DNA of 64,000 bases from NCBI GenBank assembly GCA_038087875.1, contig CM075988.1, forward strand, positions 20,028,001 through 20,092,000, read 5' to 3'. Below are positions 1-13,440 of the stretch, in pieces. Each line of letters starts with the position of its first letter. The first letter of the stretch is position 1. The position numbers and the translations under genes were made by a program. Source of the stretch: Malacoraja senta. Its lineage: Eukaryota. The notes beneath the pieces are model-generated. The model had not been told where the DNA came from. It was given only the letters and a program-made list of their open reading frames with translations, and ran no database searches.

Positions 1-560
1 GTGTGGCAATGGAGGAAGCCAAGGACGTATATGTCAGGAAAGAACTGTTGTGAAAACGTCACCTATTCCTTCTCTCCAGAGAAGTTGCCCGTCCCGCTGT
101 CACTCCAGCATTTTGCGTCTATCTTCGACGTATATGTCAGCGTGGGAGTGGGACGGGGAACTAAAATGGCTGGCAACCAGATCTAGATGGCCACAGCGGA
201 CAGAACACAGCTTTTGGCAAAGCAATCACCAAGTCTGCATTTGACTCACCAGTGCACAGGAAGCCTCATTGGAAGCACCAAATGCAATAGACGAGGTTGG
301 AGGAGGTACATGTGGATCTCCGTCTCACCTGGATGGCATGTTTAAGTCCCTGAATGGAGGTGATGAAGAAGGTGTTACACCTTCTATAGTTGCAGGGGAA
401 AGTGCCTGGGGAAGGACAGATAGGGAGAGACGAGTGAGCAAGGAAATCTTGGAGATTTCCACCAGGGAAAGCAGAAAGGGCTGGGGAGGGAAAGTTGAGT
501 TCATGTTGTATCTTGTGAAAATGTCAAGGAATTATGCACTGAATATGGAGGCTGGCGAGG
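1..560 (-). mobile_element. Degenerate Penelope-like fragment
   Basis: Reverse-complement similarity to the GIY-YIG region at 54540-54800 (e.g. gcaatagacgaggttggagg). Confidence 0.65.
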
Positions 561-1035
561 TGAAAGGTAAGAATGAAGAGAATGCTACTGCAGCTCTGTC
601 TGGGAGAAGTGAGGTGAGAACAGAAGAGCGGGAAATAGAGGAGATACATGTGTGGGTTTGGTCAAACACAGTGGGGGATAGACCTGAAAAAGGAGTACCT
701 TGTGCCTCAGATGCTACTAAAGTTTCTGAATGTGTGTTGAATATGTATGAGGTCCTTTCAGAACTGAGTGTACCACATGGTTTGAATTTGATATAATGAT
801 GTACCAGCCACTGATGTAGTGAGCTTTCTGCCTTAGTAAGAAATAACACAAAAACCCCATTAGACATTATAGTTGACAGCACTGATCCATTGCTGAAATA
901 GTTCTTGCCAACATCCATAGGGTGCATCTGTGCTAGCTGCATATAATTTCTTGGCAAACAGCTTAAGGGAACTTTATCATGAAGGACCTTCAATTCTTGT
1001 GTACGTTATCATGAAGACAGATGAGAAATGCTAAA

Positions 1036-1217
1036 GGTAGACACAAAATGCTGGAGTAACTCAGCGGGTGAGGCAGCATCTCTGGAGAGAAGGAATGGGC
1101 GACGTTTCGAGTCGAGACACTTCCTTCTCTCCAGAGATGCTGCCTCACCTGCTGAGTTACTCCAGCAATTTGTGTCTACCTTTGATTTTAACCAGCATCT
1201 GCAGTCCCTTCTTACAC
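1036..1217. mobile_element. Fold-back Penelope-tail element with a 15-bp TSD
   Basis: Inverted arms 1033-1093 and 1121-1183; TSD ATGAGAAATGCTAAA at 1021-1035 and 1218-1232. Confidence 0.8.
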
Positions 1218-1309
1218 ATGAGAAATGCTAAATATACAGCAACTGCTGGGTTCATAAAGGATAAATAAAATTAATAACATAATTAATCCTTAGAAATGTG
1301 TTTTAAGCA

Positions 1310-1905
1310 TAAGTGGGTGGCGCCAGCAAAGGCTGCCTCGCCAATAGTCTGTCTGTCCCTTTCTTTCTTTGTGTTTTAATAGTATGTGCTAAATGTTGGG
1401 TTTTTTTGTGTTTTTTAGCTTGTTTTATGTGGGGGGTGGGGGGGGGAGGGGTAGGGGAAACTTTTTCTAACCTCTTACCTTGACGGAGATGCGATTATTT
1501 TTCCATATCGTATCTGCGTCCGCACTGTGGCCTAACTACAAACTTCGGGAACTACAAACCGCAGGAGCTTCGACCACCCCCACACAGGAGTTTCGATCGC
1601 CATGACGCGGGAGCTTCGACCTTCCCGACACGGGAGCTTTGATCGCTTCGACCGCTGGCTGAAGGAGCTTCAATCACCCCGAAGGATGGTTCGATTGCCC
1701 AGACTGTGGGAGAATAGAAGAGGATTGGATTTTTTTGCCTTCCATCACAGTGAGGAATGTGGGGAATCCACTGAGATGGATGTCTATGTTAACTTTTATG
1801 TAGTTATGTGTCTTGTTTTCTTTTCCGTATGGCTGTATGGTAATTCGCATATCACTGCACCTTAATTGGTAAATGTGACAATAAAAGACCTTTGAAACCT
1901 TTGAA
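1310..1905 (+). mobile_element. Non-autonomous retroposon related to 21010-21793
   Basis: Internal GGGAGCTTCGAT repeats, gccttccatcacagtga block, AATAAA tail. Confidence 0.5.
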
Positions 1906-2240
1906 GGAAGTAGAGGCGTTGGTGGGTCTTCTTGGTCGTTGCTTCAATATGGATGGCCCAGGAAAAGTTGTTGGTGATATTGACTCTGAGGAATTTGAAT
2001 TTGTATATACCCTATACCCAAGTTTCTGCAATATTTATGCTGCACATATTTTAATTTTACCATTGCATGCACTGAATAACACAAGGAAAATTGCAGTCAT
2101 GTTTTCTTAACATTGAAAATGAAATGAAAGATATCTCATTCTATTCAAAACAAATTACATTCAAAACGTTGTAAAGTTTACGGCAGTTTATGCCTACACC
2201 ACGAGGATTGAAACTAGGTGGAAGGCGTTTTACTACTTAT

Positions 2241-2300
2241 GGTGTTGTGACGTCCTGGTAACCCACGTCCTGTTACTTTACTAAATACAGAAGCAGAGAG
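2241..2300 (+). promoter_or_regulatory. Candidate CRTAM proximal promoter with CRE/AP-1-like TGACGTC (2248-2254)
   Basis: Motif about 110 nt upstream of the ATG; function is inferred only. Confidence 0.35.
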
Positions 2301-2359
2301 AGACCAGTCAGATATTGTTCTGTTCATAGACCAGTCCGATATTGTTCTCCTCATAGACC

Positions 2360-2408
2360 ATGGCTATTCTTTCAGTACTGTGTTTTCTGGTCTTTGCTGC
2401 ACTTCAAG
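2360..2408 (+). CDS. CRTAM: CRTAM exon 1, signal peptide MAILSVLCFLVFAALQ
   Basis: ATG in ACCATGG Kozak context, hydrophobic 16-mer ending LQ, donor G|GTAAAT, phase 1. Confidence 0.88.
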
Positions 2409-4634
2409 GTAAATCAAAAGCTTTACTTAACCTCTTGGATATAAAATTGAAGTAACCTTGTTTTTAATTGTGCTGAGAAACTATTGTGTAACATGTTTAA
2501 AAAACATGAATTGTAGATGTACTGAGCTGACATCCTGTCTGGGGAAGTTTTACATGAAACCATTTGATACTCAATATTGAGAAGTTTCCAAGCTAGAGGA
2601 GATTCTCTGGAGAAATACTATGTATAATTACTGAGATTTTATTGATTTCATATACAATTCACTGATAAAACTGGTAAATCAACAAGGTTAATTGTAGTTT
2701 ATCTGAACGTCTGTCTACTTTGAGATAATGCTCCTCAAAGAAATGCATTAAGTATTTGTAAAATCATTCTGATAGAAAAATGTTATTTTAAACATTAAAT
2801 GAACAAATTGCATCAATAAGGTTCACAGTTGAATCTTTAGCTGGTATTCCATTTATTTATTTATTTTTAATTATATTTCATTAATGGGCATGGGCATCAC
2901 TGGCATGGGCAATGTTGTTACCCCTCATTGATTTCTAAACATGGAGTGACTTGCAGGGTCATTTCAGAGGCCAGTTAAGAGGCAACCACATTGTGATGGG
3001 AGTGTAGTCACATTATGGCCAGACCAGGTAAGATCAGCAGAATTGTTTAGATCCTGAAATTCTAATATAAAACCAGAAGATTTTGGAAACACTCAACAGG
3101 TTAGGTAGAAACTATGGAGAAAAACAGTTGCAACTTAAAGATATGACGAAGGGGCTTCAAACTGAAACATTCACTTTGTTCTCTCCAGCATCTTTTAGTG
3201 TTTAAATCAAAATAGTTATCTGACTTCTTGGAAGCAAACTTGTGATAAAAATGTTAATTCTAGATGGCACACCCAGCTGGCATGAATAGACCAGAATTCA
3301 GACCATTAATCGGGATTTCTGATTTGTTAGTCCATTGCTATACTCTTGTGAGACATGGCAACACAGGATGTTCTAATTGATGTATGTGCGTAAGTCAGAA
3401 CAGAAAAGTTTGCGATGGTTCAAATTACCAATTGCTATCACCCTCATTAATATGTACACCAAATGAGAGCAGGATTAAATTCAGCAACCATGATGTTCCA
3501 TGGAAAATGATATTACTGGCATTCAACCCTCAGGACTTGCTCTTGAATACCGGCTTCTCCATGGGGTTCCCAAACCAATCCACAGCTCGAGGGAATGGTC
3601 CCAAAGTGAAGCATCAACATTGCCCATGCCAGTGATGCCCATATTCATTAATGAAATATAATTAAAAATAAATAAATAAATGGAATACCAGCTAAAGATT
3701 CAACAGTGCACCTCGACGGAATGGTTCCAAAGTGAAATGTGCTAAATATATAATCCTCATACTTTTTTGTTCAAAAACATGAAGGCCTGGTAATAGATGG
3801 GTATTGTTTTTAACCACATTAACACATTTTTCCATTTTGCATTTTCACCAAAAACAAATTATGTTTGCCTTCAATGAAGGGGATTTATCTTTATTGGAAA
3901 GAGCATTTGTTAACAGTTCAGCAAGATGAGGAGATTTGGGGAGAATCACTGAGTTTGTTGCAGTAGTTTATATTTCAATTTAATTGAAATATTATCAATA
4001 TTTTTTCATTTGATTCAAGAATATGGCAAAAGAAATCTATTTTGTAGTGAATTGCATTGAGAAGTATCTTCCACATTTCAGATTTACATCCGGAAGCATA
4101 TTTCACGTTGCATTTTCCCCTAACTTAGTCTTTCTGCTAGCCACCCCACAGGATTAATACAACAGTAGTTCAACCAATACATCTAAATCGATGAATGATG
4201 TGTATTTCATGATTCCTCATTTAAATATTTTCCTGTGAAATTAGTACCCGTTCAGCAAGGAGCCATCAGTTTCCATTAAAAAATTTTGTTGGCCTACTGG
4301 TTGGAGTATTATAAATAGGTGCAAGATTAAATTGATTATAACATGGTATTGGCTAACAAACTTTGATATGTATGTATGCCAGATGAGTTTTTATGCTTCT
4401 TGACTTACTGACTTGGTGGCAAGGCATTCACTTAAATAATTGTCACTTGATTATCCGTGGATTGTGAAACTTTACCTCAATATTTGGCAACAAAATCTTT
4501 AGGATATCCAAAGGTGCTTGGTAGACAACGAGTAGTGTTGAAGTTCAGGGTTTATTTGTAAAAAAGGAAAAAAGAGCAGAACATTTAATCATGGAATAGC
4601 CAAATAATATGGTTCGAGTGTCGGTGGAAAGATA

Positions 4635-6243
4635 CAGGGACCTCCATAATGTTTGGGACAAAGACCCATCATTTATTTATTTGCCTCTATACTCCATAAT
4701 TTGAGATTTGTAATAGAAGTGCACATTGTCAGATTTTAATAAAGGCCATTTTTATACATTATGGTTTCACCATGTAAAAATTACAGCAGTGTTTATACAT
4801 AGTCCCCCCATTTCAGGGCACCATAATGTTTGGGACACAGCAATGTCATGTAAATGAAAGTCGTCATGTTTAGTATTTTGTTGCATATCCTTGGCATGCA
4901 ATGACTGCTTGAAGTCTGTGATTCATGGACATCACCAGTTGCTGCGTGTCTTCTCTCGTGATGCTCTGCCAGGCCTGTATTGCTTGTTTTGGGGGCTAAT
5001 CCCCTTCAGTTTTCACTTCAGCATATAAATGGCATGCTCAATTGGGTTCAGAACGAGTGATTTGACTTGGCCACTCAAAAATTGACCATTTTTTAACTTT
5101 GAAAAACTCCTTTGTTCCTTTAGCAGTATGTTTGGGATCATTGTCTTGCTGTAGAATGAACCGCCGGCCAATGAGTTTTGAGGCATTTGTTTGAACTTGA
5201 GCAGATAGGATGTGTCTATACACTTCAGAATTCATTATGCTACTACCATCAGCAGTTGTTTCATCAATGAAGATAAGTGAGCCAGTACCTTCAGCAGCCA
5301 TACACGCCCAGGCCATAACACCCCCACCACCAAGTTTCACAGATGAGGTGGTATGCTTTGGATCTTGGGCAGTTCATTCTCTCCTCCATACTTTGCTCTT
5401 GCCATCACTCTGATATAAGTTAATCTTGGTCTCATCTGTCCACAAGACCTTTTTCCGGAACTGTGGTTGCTCTTTTAAGTACTTCTTGGCAAACTGTAAC
5501 CCGGCCATCCTATTTTTCCGGCTAACCAGTGGTTTGCATCTTACTGTGTAGCCTTTGTATTTCTGTTCGTCTTCTGTGGACTGTGGTCATTGACAAATCC
5601 ACATCTGACTCCTGAAGAGTGTTTCTGATCTGTCGGACAGGTGTTTGGAGATTTTTCTTTATTATAGAGAGAATTCTTCTGTCATCAGCTGTGGAGGTCT
5701 TCCTTGGCCTACCAGTCCCCTTGCGATTAGTAAGCTCACCAGTGTTCTCTTTCTTCTTAATGATGTTCCAAACAGTTGATTTTGGTTTGCCTAAGGTTTG
5801 GCTGATGTCTCTAACAGTTTTATTCTTGTTTCTCAGTCTCATAATGGCTTCTTTGACTTTCATTGGCACAACTTTGGTCCTCATGTTGATAAACAGCAAC
5901 AAAGGTTTCCAAAGGTGATGGAAAGACTGGAGGAAAGACTAGGCGCTGAGAGCTCTCTTATACCTGCATTAAGGAGGCATTTAAACACACCTGAGCAATT
6001 ACAAACACCTGTGAAGCCATGTGTCCCAAACATTATGATTCCCTGAAATGGGGGGACTATGTATAAACACAGCTGTAATTTCTGCACGGTGAAACCAAAA
6101 TGTATAAAAATACCCTTTAATAAAATCTGACAATTTGCACTTTAACCACATGTGATTTTTTCTATTACAAATCTCAAATTGTGGAGTACAGGGGCAAATA
6201 AATAAATGATGGGTCTTTGTCCCAAACAATATGGAGGGCACTG
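4635..6243 (-). mobile_element. Tc1 DNA transposon of IR/DR type with a defective DD34E transposase
   Basis: TA flanks at 4633-4634 and 6244-6245; TIRs of about 200 bp with inner ATAATGTTTGGGACA direct repeats; GRPRK, WTDETK, QQDNDPKH and LNPIE motifs with frameshifts. Confidence 0.93.
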
Positions 6244-9200
6244 TAAGTAATGCCTGGAAAACCTGAGATAATTCCCCTTTGTCTTTTACCTGAGATGTTT
6301 TGGGATTTTCTTTTCTCTGGAGAAAATACCTAACACCGCCATGATTTAGTATCTCATCTAAAAAATAGACTGTGGAGTGCATTCCCATGAGCTGTCTGCC
6401 CAAACTGCATGTCATTCCTTTTCAACCAAGTATGCTATTTATAGATCCATGGCAAACACAGGGGTGGAAATGAATATTGTTTCCTAAATCTGAAATATAT
6501 GTTCAGATTGTATTTTACTTGTCCAGTACTGTCTGGCTGAAATGCCCAAAGGATGAAATTCAACTTTACCTGTGGAGCAAAACAAATGGTAGTATGTTGA
6601 GGAGAAAAGATGGCTGGATAACAAGCATTTATTTTGCCCTGTCTTACAGTATATTGGTCACTTCAGTTAGATACTAAGTGATGCAGTCAATCCCAACAGT
6701 ATACAGAGCAGGAGATATGATTGCTCACATTTGATATAGTTACACAAACTTAAAATAAGCACAATCCTGAAGAACATAAACAATCTCAACAGTGGGGAAT
6801 GTTTTATTTTTAAAGAAATGAAATGGAGAAACTATTTATTCAATCATTAATTCAAGTTAATCAATTTACATATTACATTAAATGAAATTATATTGATTTA
6901 TATGAAGCTGCAATACAAATGTTTAACTTATATTGACAGATGTAAATATAGAGGAAGCATTCTAATTAGTGGCATCATCCTACGGATTAAAGTAGATCTT
7001 GTTTAATGTTTAATTGGATCTAAGCTATTGTATAACAGTGAAAATGTTCAACTTGTCTTACTAATTAGAAAGTAATCTTTAGAATGTGAAAGTTCTTCCT
7101 TTCACTAAGAACTGCAATGTCTCATTGAACAGACAGCAGGCAACATGACTCACAGTTAAATAAATATGACATAAAAACAGTTAGAAACACTTAGAAGGTT
7201 AACTGCATCTGTGAAAAGCAAAACAGAGTTAATGTTTCAACTTAAAAGATCCTTCCAAGAGTTTTCAATCTGAAACATTAATTCTGTTTTTCTTTCTACA
7301 AATACGCTTGACCTACTGAATGTTCCCAGCAGTTTTATTTCTATAGATACTGGTTGACATAATGATGCCTAGTGCTGCCAGCAATTTTGTTTTTTGTTTG
7401 ATTTTTTTATTTTCAAGATAATCATGTGGTTTCAATTTTGTTCAGTTATGGAGGAGCTGTTACTAAATTCACCACGAATAAAATTGCAGCAAAAATAAAA
7501 TTGTATAAGTTACAAATATCACTCTGTTCACTGGTAGTTAGGCTTAACATGTCCGAAGGAAAACACTTTGTTTGTAAAAGGATGGACTTCATTCTCAGCC
7601 CCTGAGATAACTAATTAGTCCTAGCTCTGAAGTCCTTCATCAACCCTACAACCCCCCCAGGTTCACAAAAGTTTTAATCTCCACTTTCCTTATATTTTAT
7701 GATGAACATATAGCTGATATGTATTGATATTACAATGAAAATTCAATGTAATTTAGCACGGGAAGGTTTGTGTCTAAAATCTATTATGTTCCACTTCTTC
7801 CTAAATTCCAGTATCATAAGACATCAGGAAGTTTCTACCCTGTACCATTCTAAACAATTGTTACATGATGACACGGGAAATATTAATTTTGATGAAAGGT
7901 CATTGACCTGAAAAATTATTTCTCTCACCACAGATGAGTCTGTTGATTTTTTTCCTGGTATTTACCCATTTATTTCAGATTTCCATTAGCTGTGGTATTT
8001 TACTTTAAAAATATTTGCAATCTGCTGAGTGTAACATAAACATGTTCTTTATAATCTTAACTGTTTAGCATCATTCTAATCCCTTTGGACTATCTCAAAA
8101 CATTTTTCAGCCAATTAAGTTATTTTGAAGTAATGTCACTTTTGCAACATAGCAATTTACCATGTCTAACACAGAGGAAAAGTTATTTCAGACATCTCTC
8201 TCCTTGATATCATTGTGGAGATTTTAATTTGTTTTTTTTTATGAGGTTTATCTAAATGTTTGGTTTAGATCAAATATATTGTGGTTTAAATGGAAGAAAA
8301 CAATGTAAATCACGTTCATTACTTCTGCATTATCAAATTTTGAACTTTTACTACAGATGAGAAGGAAAGTTAATGGAATTATTACATAACTAAATATTCG
8401 CACATGGTTTATGTTGAAAAAATTATTTAACATACTTGTCAGAAAGATCAACAAATTCAGATTTTCCTCTCCTGGATTGGATTATATTTTGCTGAGATGT
8501 AAAGAGTTTATTCTAATCAAGGCAGCTAGGTTTGAATGTTAAGTTGTTCAAATAATTTATCAAGCAGTTATTGGTATGAAATTGCTTCAGTCAGCTTCAA
8601 TTCGTTTTTGGAGATTTTCTCTGTTCAACATTTCCTTCAAAATTAAGAAAATACGGGAAATAATTGAGTTTATAGTCTTACTAGATATAAATACCTAAGA
8701 GAAAATCTGCAAGAACATTTTTTTTACAATAACGGAACAATATTTGTCCATGCATCAGTGCCAAGATGAATATTATTTTATTTGATCTTTAGAATTTTTC
8801 TCACCTTTGTTTCACTTGACAAAAAAGACTATATGCTCATTAAAATATCTTATTTTATACCTTAGCTTGATCATAATACTTTAGCTTGCTCATAAAGCAT
8901 AAACGCATTAATTTGATGTATTGTTTTTGGCCAGGTTGTTTCTCTCAGAGCAAGTGTAGTATATGAATTTGGAAATGTAGGGTAGGAGTTTTGTAAGGTA
9001 GGAGTTTTTTTTTTAAATGTATAACATTTTTGAATTATTCTTAATATACTGGGTATGGCCAGGGTTGGGGCAGGGTGACAGAACCATTGCTTGGAACATT
9101 CCTTGTAGTTAACTGATATTACAGCAAAGCAATAATTTCAGTGGAACCTTTGGAAATATATCGTTTGAGTTAATTTTATCAAAGACTCCACTGCTCCACT

Positions 9201-9925
9201 GTAAAGTTACTGTATGGCTTGTGGTTTACCTAGTGTTATTTATGATTCACTTATGTTAGACATTTACCCAACAGTGAATCGTCATTCATGTTTAAAGTAG
9301 AAATGTGAATAATGTAAGCTAAAGGCTACAGAAGTTTAGTTAAGTGAACATCTGATGAACTTTCCATAAGGGGCTTTTTAGTGAATCATGCCTTTTTACA
9401 GTTTCCTTCACACCGGAAAGACCACTGAGGTCACAGAATCTGGTGTAGGAGAAGAAAGCACACAATACAGCAGCCAATAACATCAAAGCATTGAACGTTA
9501 CAACCCTTCTTGCACGTCTCGTTGTGCTCCATTGTCTAAGAGGTCATAGGTTGAACATTTGTCATATTAAAACTTTTCACAGGCAATCTACACCCAATAC
9601 TCATACTACCATAAAAGTCTATTTCAGTTTTCACTTCCTCTCATCACCTTGCAAAATTTGTACTTGGTAAATTAGAACTTCTGCAAGTTACAGTGAATTT
9701 TGGTGCTCTGTAAAAACTTGGGAAATCCTAAATTGATCATTCCTAAACAATCATTGGAAAATCTTATTTCTTCTGGCATTGTTTGTAGATATAAACAATA
9801 CATAAAAAACACAAAAAATACCAGTTAGCAGCCCATGGGCAGCCTGCAATTCAATAAGATCAATAAACCCACTCTGCCAAGTAATCCCAAAGCCCTCTGA
9901 TTTTTTTTAGCATGGAGAAATGTAA

Positions 9926-10183
9926 AGGGCCTGTCCCACTTTCACGACCTAATTCACAACCTTTTTTACTCGTGGACATTTTTCATCATGCTAGAAAAAA
10001 TGCCCCGACCTACTTGAAGCCACGAGTACCTATGACCTACCTGCGACCTCCCACGACCTACCTACGACCTTCTACGACCTACCTACGACCTCCTAAGACC
10101 TCGTGACGACCATGCAGCGAGTATGAGTCAAGGGCAAACTCAGCAGAGGTCGTGAATTAGGTCGTGAAGGTGGGACAGGCCCT
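9926..10183. mobile_element. PIF/Harbinger-type MITE
   Basis: TIR AGGGCCTGTCCCACTTTCACGACCTAATTCAC; TAA TSD on both sides; internal ACGACCT repeats. Confidence 0.85.
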
Positions 10184-11205
10184 TAACATTCTCAGTCTTT
10201 CGAATTCGCAATAACTGAAGATCCAGGTGGTTAGTGTGGTGTTGGGGGAGAATTTGGAACTGCATACAGCAAAAATGAATGTTTTTAAAATATTTTTGTT
10301 GCTGGATTATGAAAAAATTTGGAATAATCTTTCAGAATGACTGAAACCTTTAGCAATGGGGCGAGGTGTGTTGATTTCAGAACAGATGGTTATCCTGATG
10401 GTACAGCCTTCTGTAGCACCAACAGTAGAGCTTTGTCTTTGGAAATTATTAAGTGACCAAAAATCACTGTGATAAATAGCAAATCAATGCAGAGCTATCT
10501 TGGCTTTGTACGGAATACAACGGTGAGACAATTTTATGATTTTTCATGAAGCAATGAATAACTGAATTTTGATTAGCATTTCCTCAGAGACATGATTACA
10601 GGATAATGCATGAGAGATAATGACATTATCATGAACTCCAATGACTACTATAATAAACACAAAGGGGTGGTGACAGGATAGACAGATTATAGGTTCATAA
10701 AATATGTTCTCCGAATTGAGGGATATTTCGATCAGGGAATCTTGCTTGAAGAATGTATTTTGAAGTATCTAACTATTTCTAAAGTCATAATATGTCATAT
10801 ATCCTCAGATCTGGGAAAAATATGGTGGATTGAGTTGGAGACACAAGAAACTGCAGATGCTAGCATCTTGAGCAAAACACAAAGTGCTGGATAAGCAAAG
10901 TGGGTCAGGCAGCATCTGTGGAGGGAATGGACAGATGACATTTTGGGTTGAGACCCTTAGAGTAAATTAAGGAAAGACAAAAAGTCATTTCCTCTGTATA
11001 TTTAGATTAATTAGTACCTTGAATGTCAATATCTGTTCCATGTCTTCCACTACGAAATGTCATGCACTTACTCGAAACGTATCATTGTGAACCAAAGGAA
11101 GAAGAGGCTGAATGCTAACAACAATAAGGTGGTACAGTGTGAGATGCATGCAACTGGATTCCTCATTTAATAATGTTCACAGACCATTTGTTTTTATCCT
11201 TCTAG

Positions 11206-11352
11206 CAAGTTCACAAAGCCTACAGTCGAAATTTATTACTGTGCTCGAGGGAAATTCAGCAGTTCTCAATTGTACAATGAACAAAAGTGAAGAATCATAT
11301 ATTGAATGGAAAAATCCAAAGCAACAAGTTCTATACTTTAACAAAAAGAAAG
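11206..11352 (+). CDS. CRTAM: CRTAM exon 2, IgV N-half (…ITVLEGNSAVLNC…IEWKNP…)
   Basis: Acceptor ttctag, 147 nt, B-strand Cys and C-strand Trp, donor GTAAGC. Confidence 0.93.
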
Positions 11353-11753
11353 GTAAGCAAGGCCTTTGTCGTCAATATACAATAGTACATTGGTCAGATG
11401 TTGAGCCAGTTCTGGAATTTATTGAGATCAGTTACCTGTCTGGGTCCTTTCCTCGTTACAACCTTACCTCTAAAAATCTCTCCGATTTTAAAACTGACAC
11501 AGCAATAATAGGCTTTCTTGGAATGAATTTACACTGAATTCTACCTTGTGTGGTAATTATTGAGAAATGTTTGCTGATAGCTCAGGTAATGCCCAATTGT
11601 TTAACCTTATCTATCAACAAATTCAATTCAAACAAAATGACAAAAAAAAATTAAAAAATTCCAGTGCATGTTAAATGTCTTTGGTAACTTCTATATGATG
11701 GTGATCTGCTATATACTATTGAGATTGTAATTATAAATTTATTTTACCAACAG

Positions 11754-11906
11754 CGCTAAGGGATCACAGATTCAAATTAGTTAATTACTCAACCTCACAG
11801 TTAATCGTCAAACTTCACAATACCACAGTGTTTGATGACGGCATCTATAGCTGCTTCTATTATGCTCATAAAATAATAAAGAAGCAAGTGCACCTCACTG
11901 TTTTAG
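11754..11906 (+). CDS. CRTAM: CRTAM exon 3, IgV C-half (ALRDHRFKLVNYS…DDGIYSC…HLTVL)
   Basis: Acceptor aacag, 153 nt, DxGxYxC V-set motif, donor GTATGT; absent from the ORF track. Confidence 0.93.
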
Positions 11907-12260
11907 GTATGTATACTGCTAAGATGAAAACTTATATAGTCGTATGGAAATAGGCCCTTCAGCCCACCTCATCCATGTTGACCAAGTTGCCTAACTTACA
12001 TGTAGCTAGTCCCACTTGCTGCCTTTGGCCCATATTCCTCCAAACCTTCCCATTCCATGTGTTTGTTCAAACAACTTTTAAATGATGTGATTGTACTTAT
12101 CTCTACCATTTTATCTGGTAGCCCCATCCATATTTGAAAACTGTTTATCTGCAAACAGACTCTCCCGAACAACTTTTAAAAGTTTTAAATATCAAAATTA
12201 GACTTGCCTCATATTCGGATTTTTAAATTAAGTTCAAAATAAGTTATTACATCTTTAATC

Positions 12261-12389
12261 TGATGAAGTGTCTTGACCCGAAACGTCACCCATTCCTTCT
12301 CTCCAGATGTGCTGCCTATCCTGCGGAGTTACTCCAGCATTTTGTGTTTACCTTCAATTTAAACCAGCATCTGCAGTTCTTTCCTACAC
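12261..12389 (+). mobile_element. Short Penelope-tail insertion beginning at a hammerhead-like core
   Basis: TSD ATTACATCTTTAATC at 12246-12260 and 12390-12404; CTGATGA…CCCGAAACGTC. Confidence 0.75.
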
Positions 12390-12496
12390 ATTACATCTTT
12401 AATCATTGATTGACAGAATTAAAGTCCGTGCTAAAGAATGAATGTATTTTGTATGTATCATTTCAAAACAATATGCATATTTTCTCAACTCTGCAG

Positions 12497-12628
12497 CACC
12501 ACCTTCAACCCCTATGTTGAGTATCACCAAACGTTCATTGAAAGAGAAGGTGGTCCGTTGTATCACCAAAGGAAGCAAGCCAAAGCCTCAAGTAACCTGG
12601 CTCCTGAACAAGAGATTGGAGTTACATG
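12497..12628 (+). CDS. CRTAM: CRTAM exon 4, IgC N-half (…VVRCITKGSKPKPQVTWLL…)
   Basis: Acceptor ctgcag, 132 nt, C…SKPxPxxxW motif, donor GTGAGA. Confidence 0.93.
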
Positions 12629-12699
12629 GTGAGAACATTTTAAGTAATTCAGATTTTAATTCCTTTATAATATGTTTTTGATTTTGCAGTCCTGGCAAA

Positions 12700-13440
12700 T
12701 CCTCCAGTCCTGGCAAATCCTCATACATCTTCTCTGCACTCTATCCCGCTCAATTACATCCTTCCTATAGTAGGGTGACCAAAACTGAACACAGCACTTC
12801 AAGTGTGGCCTCATCAATGTTTTGTACAACTGTAACATAATGTCCCAACTTCTATACTCAATACCCTGACTGATGAAGGCCAGTGTACCAAAAGCCTTCT
12901 TTACCACCCTGTCTACCTGTGACAACACTTTCAGGGAACTATGCATCTATACCAGAGATTCCTCTGGTCCACAACACCCCCCAAGGCCTGCCATTCACTG
13001 TGAAGGTCCTTTAGACTTCCTAAACTACAACATCTTGTAATCAGCATTAAACCCCATTAGCCATTCCTCAGCCCACTGGCCCAACTGATCAAGAGCTTGC
13101 TGTAATTGTTGATAACCATCTTCACTATCAACAATAGCACCCACATTTGTATAATCTGCAAATGTACTAATCATGCCTTGTACATTCTCATTGAAATCGT
13201 TGATATAAACCACAAAGACCAATGAGCCCAGCACCGATAACTGAAGCACACCACTGGTCACAGGCCTCCAGTCTGAAAAACAACCTTCCACCACCACACT
13301 CTGCTTCCTTCCATGAAGCCAATTCTACATCCAGTTACATAGCTGGATCCTATGAGATCTAAGCTTCCAGAGCAGCCTATCATGCAGAACCTTTTCAAAG
13401 GTCCTGCTGGCCGACATACACAATGTTTACGGCCTTGCCA
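12700..13440 (-). mobile_element. CR1 LINE fragment
   Basis: Degenerate RT (WRPVTSGV…; RPHLKCCVQFWSP). Confidence 0.8.
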
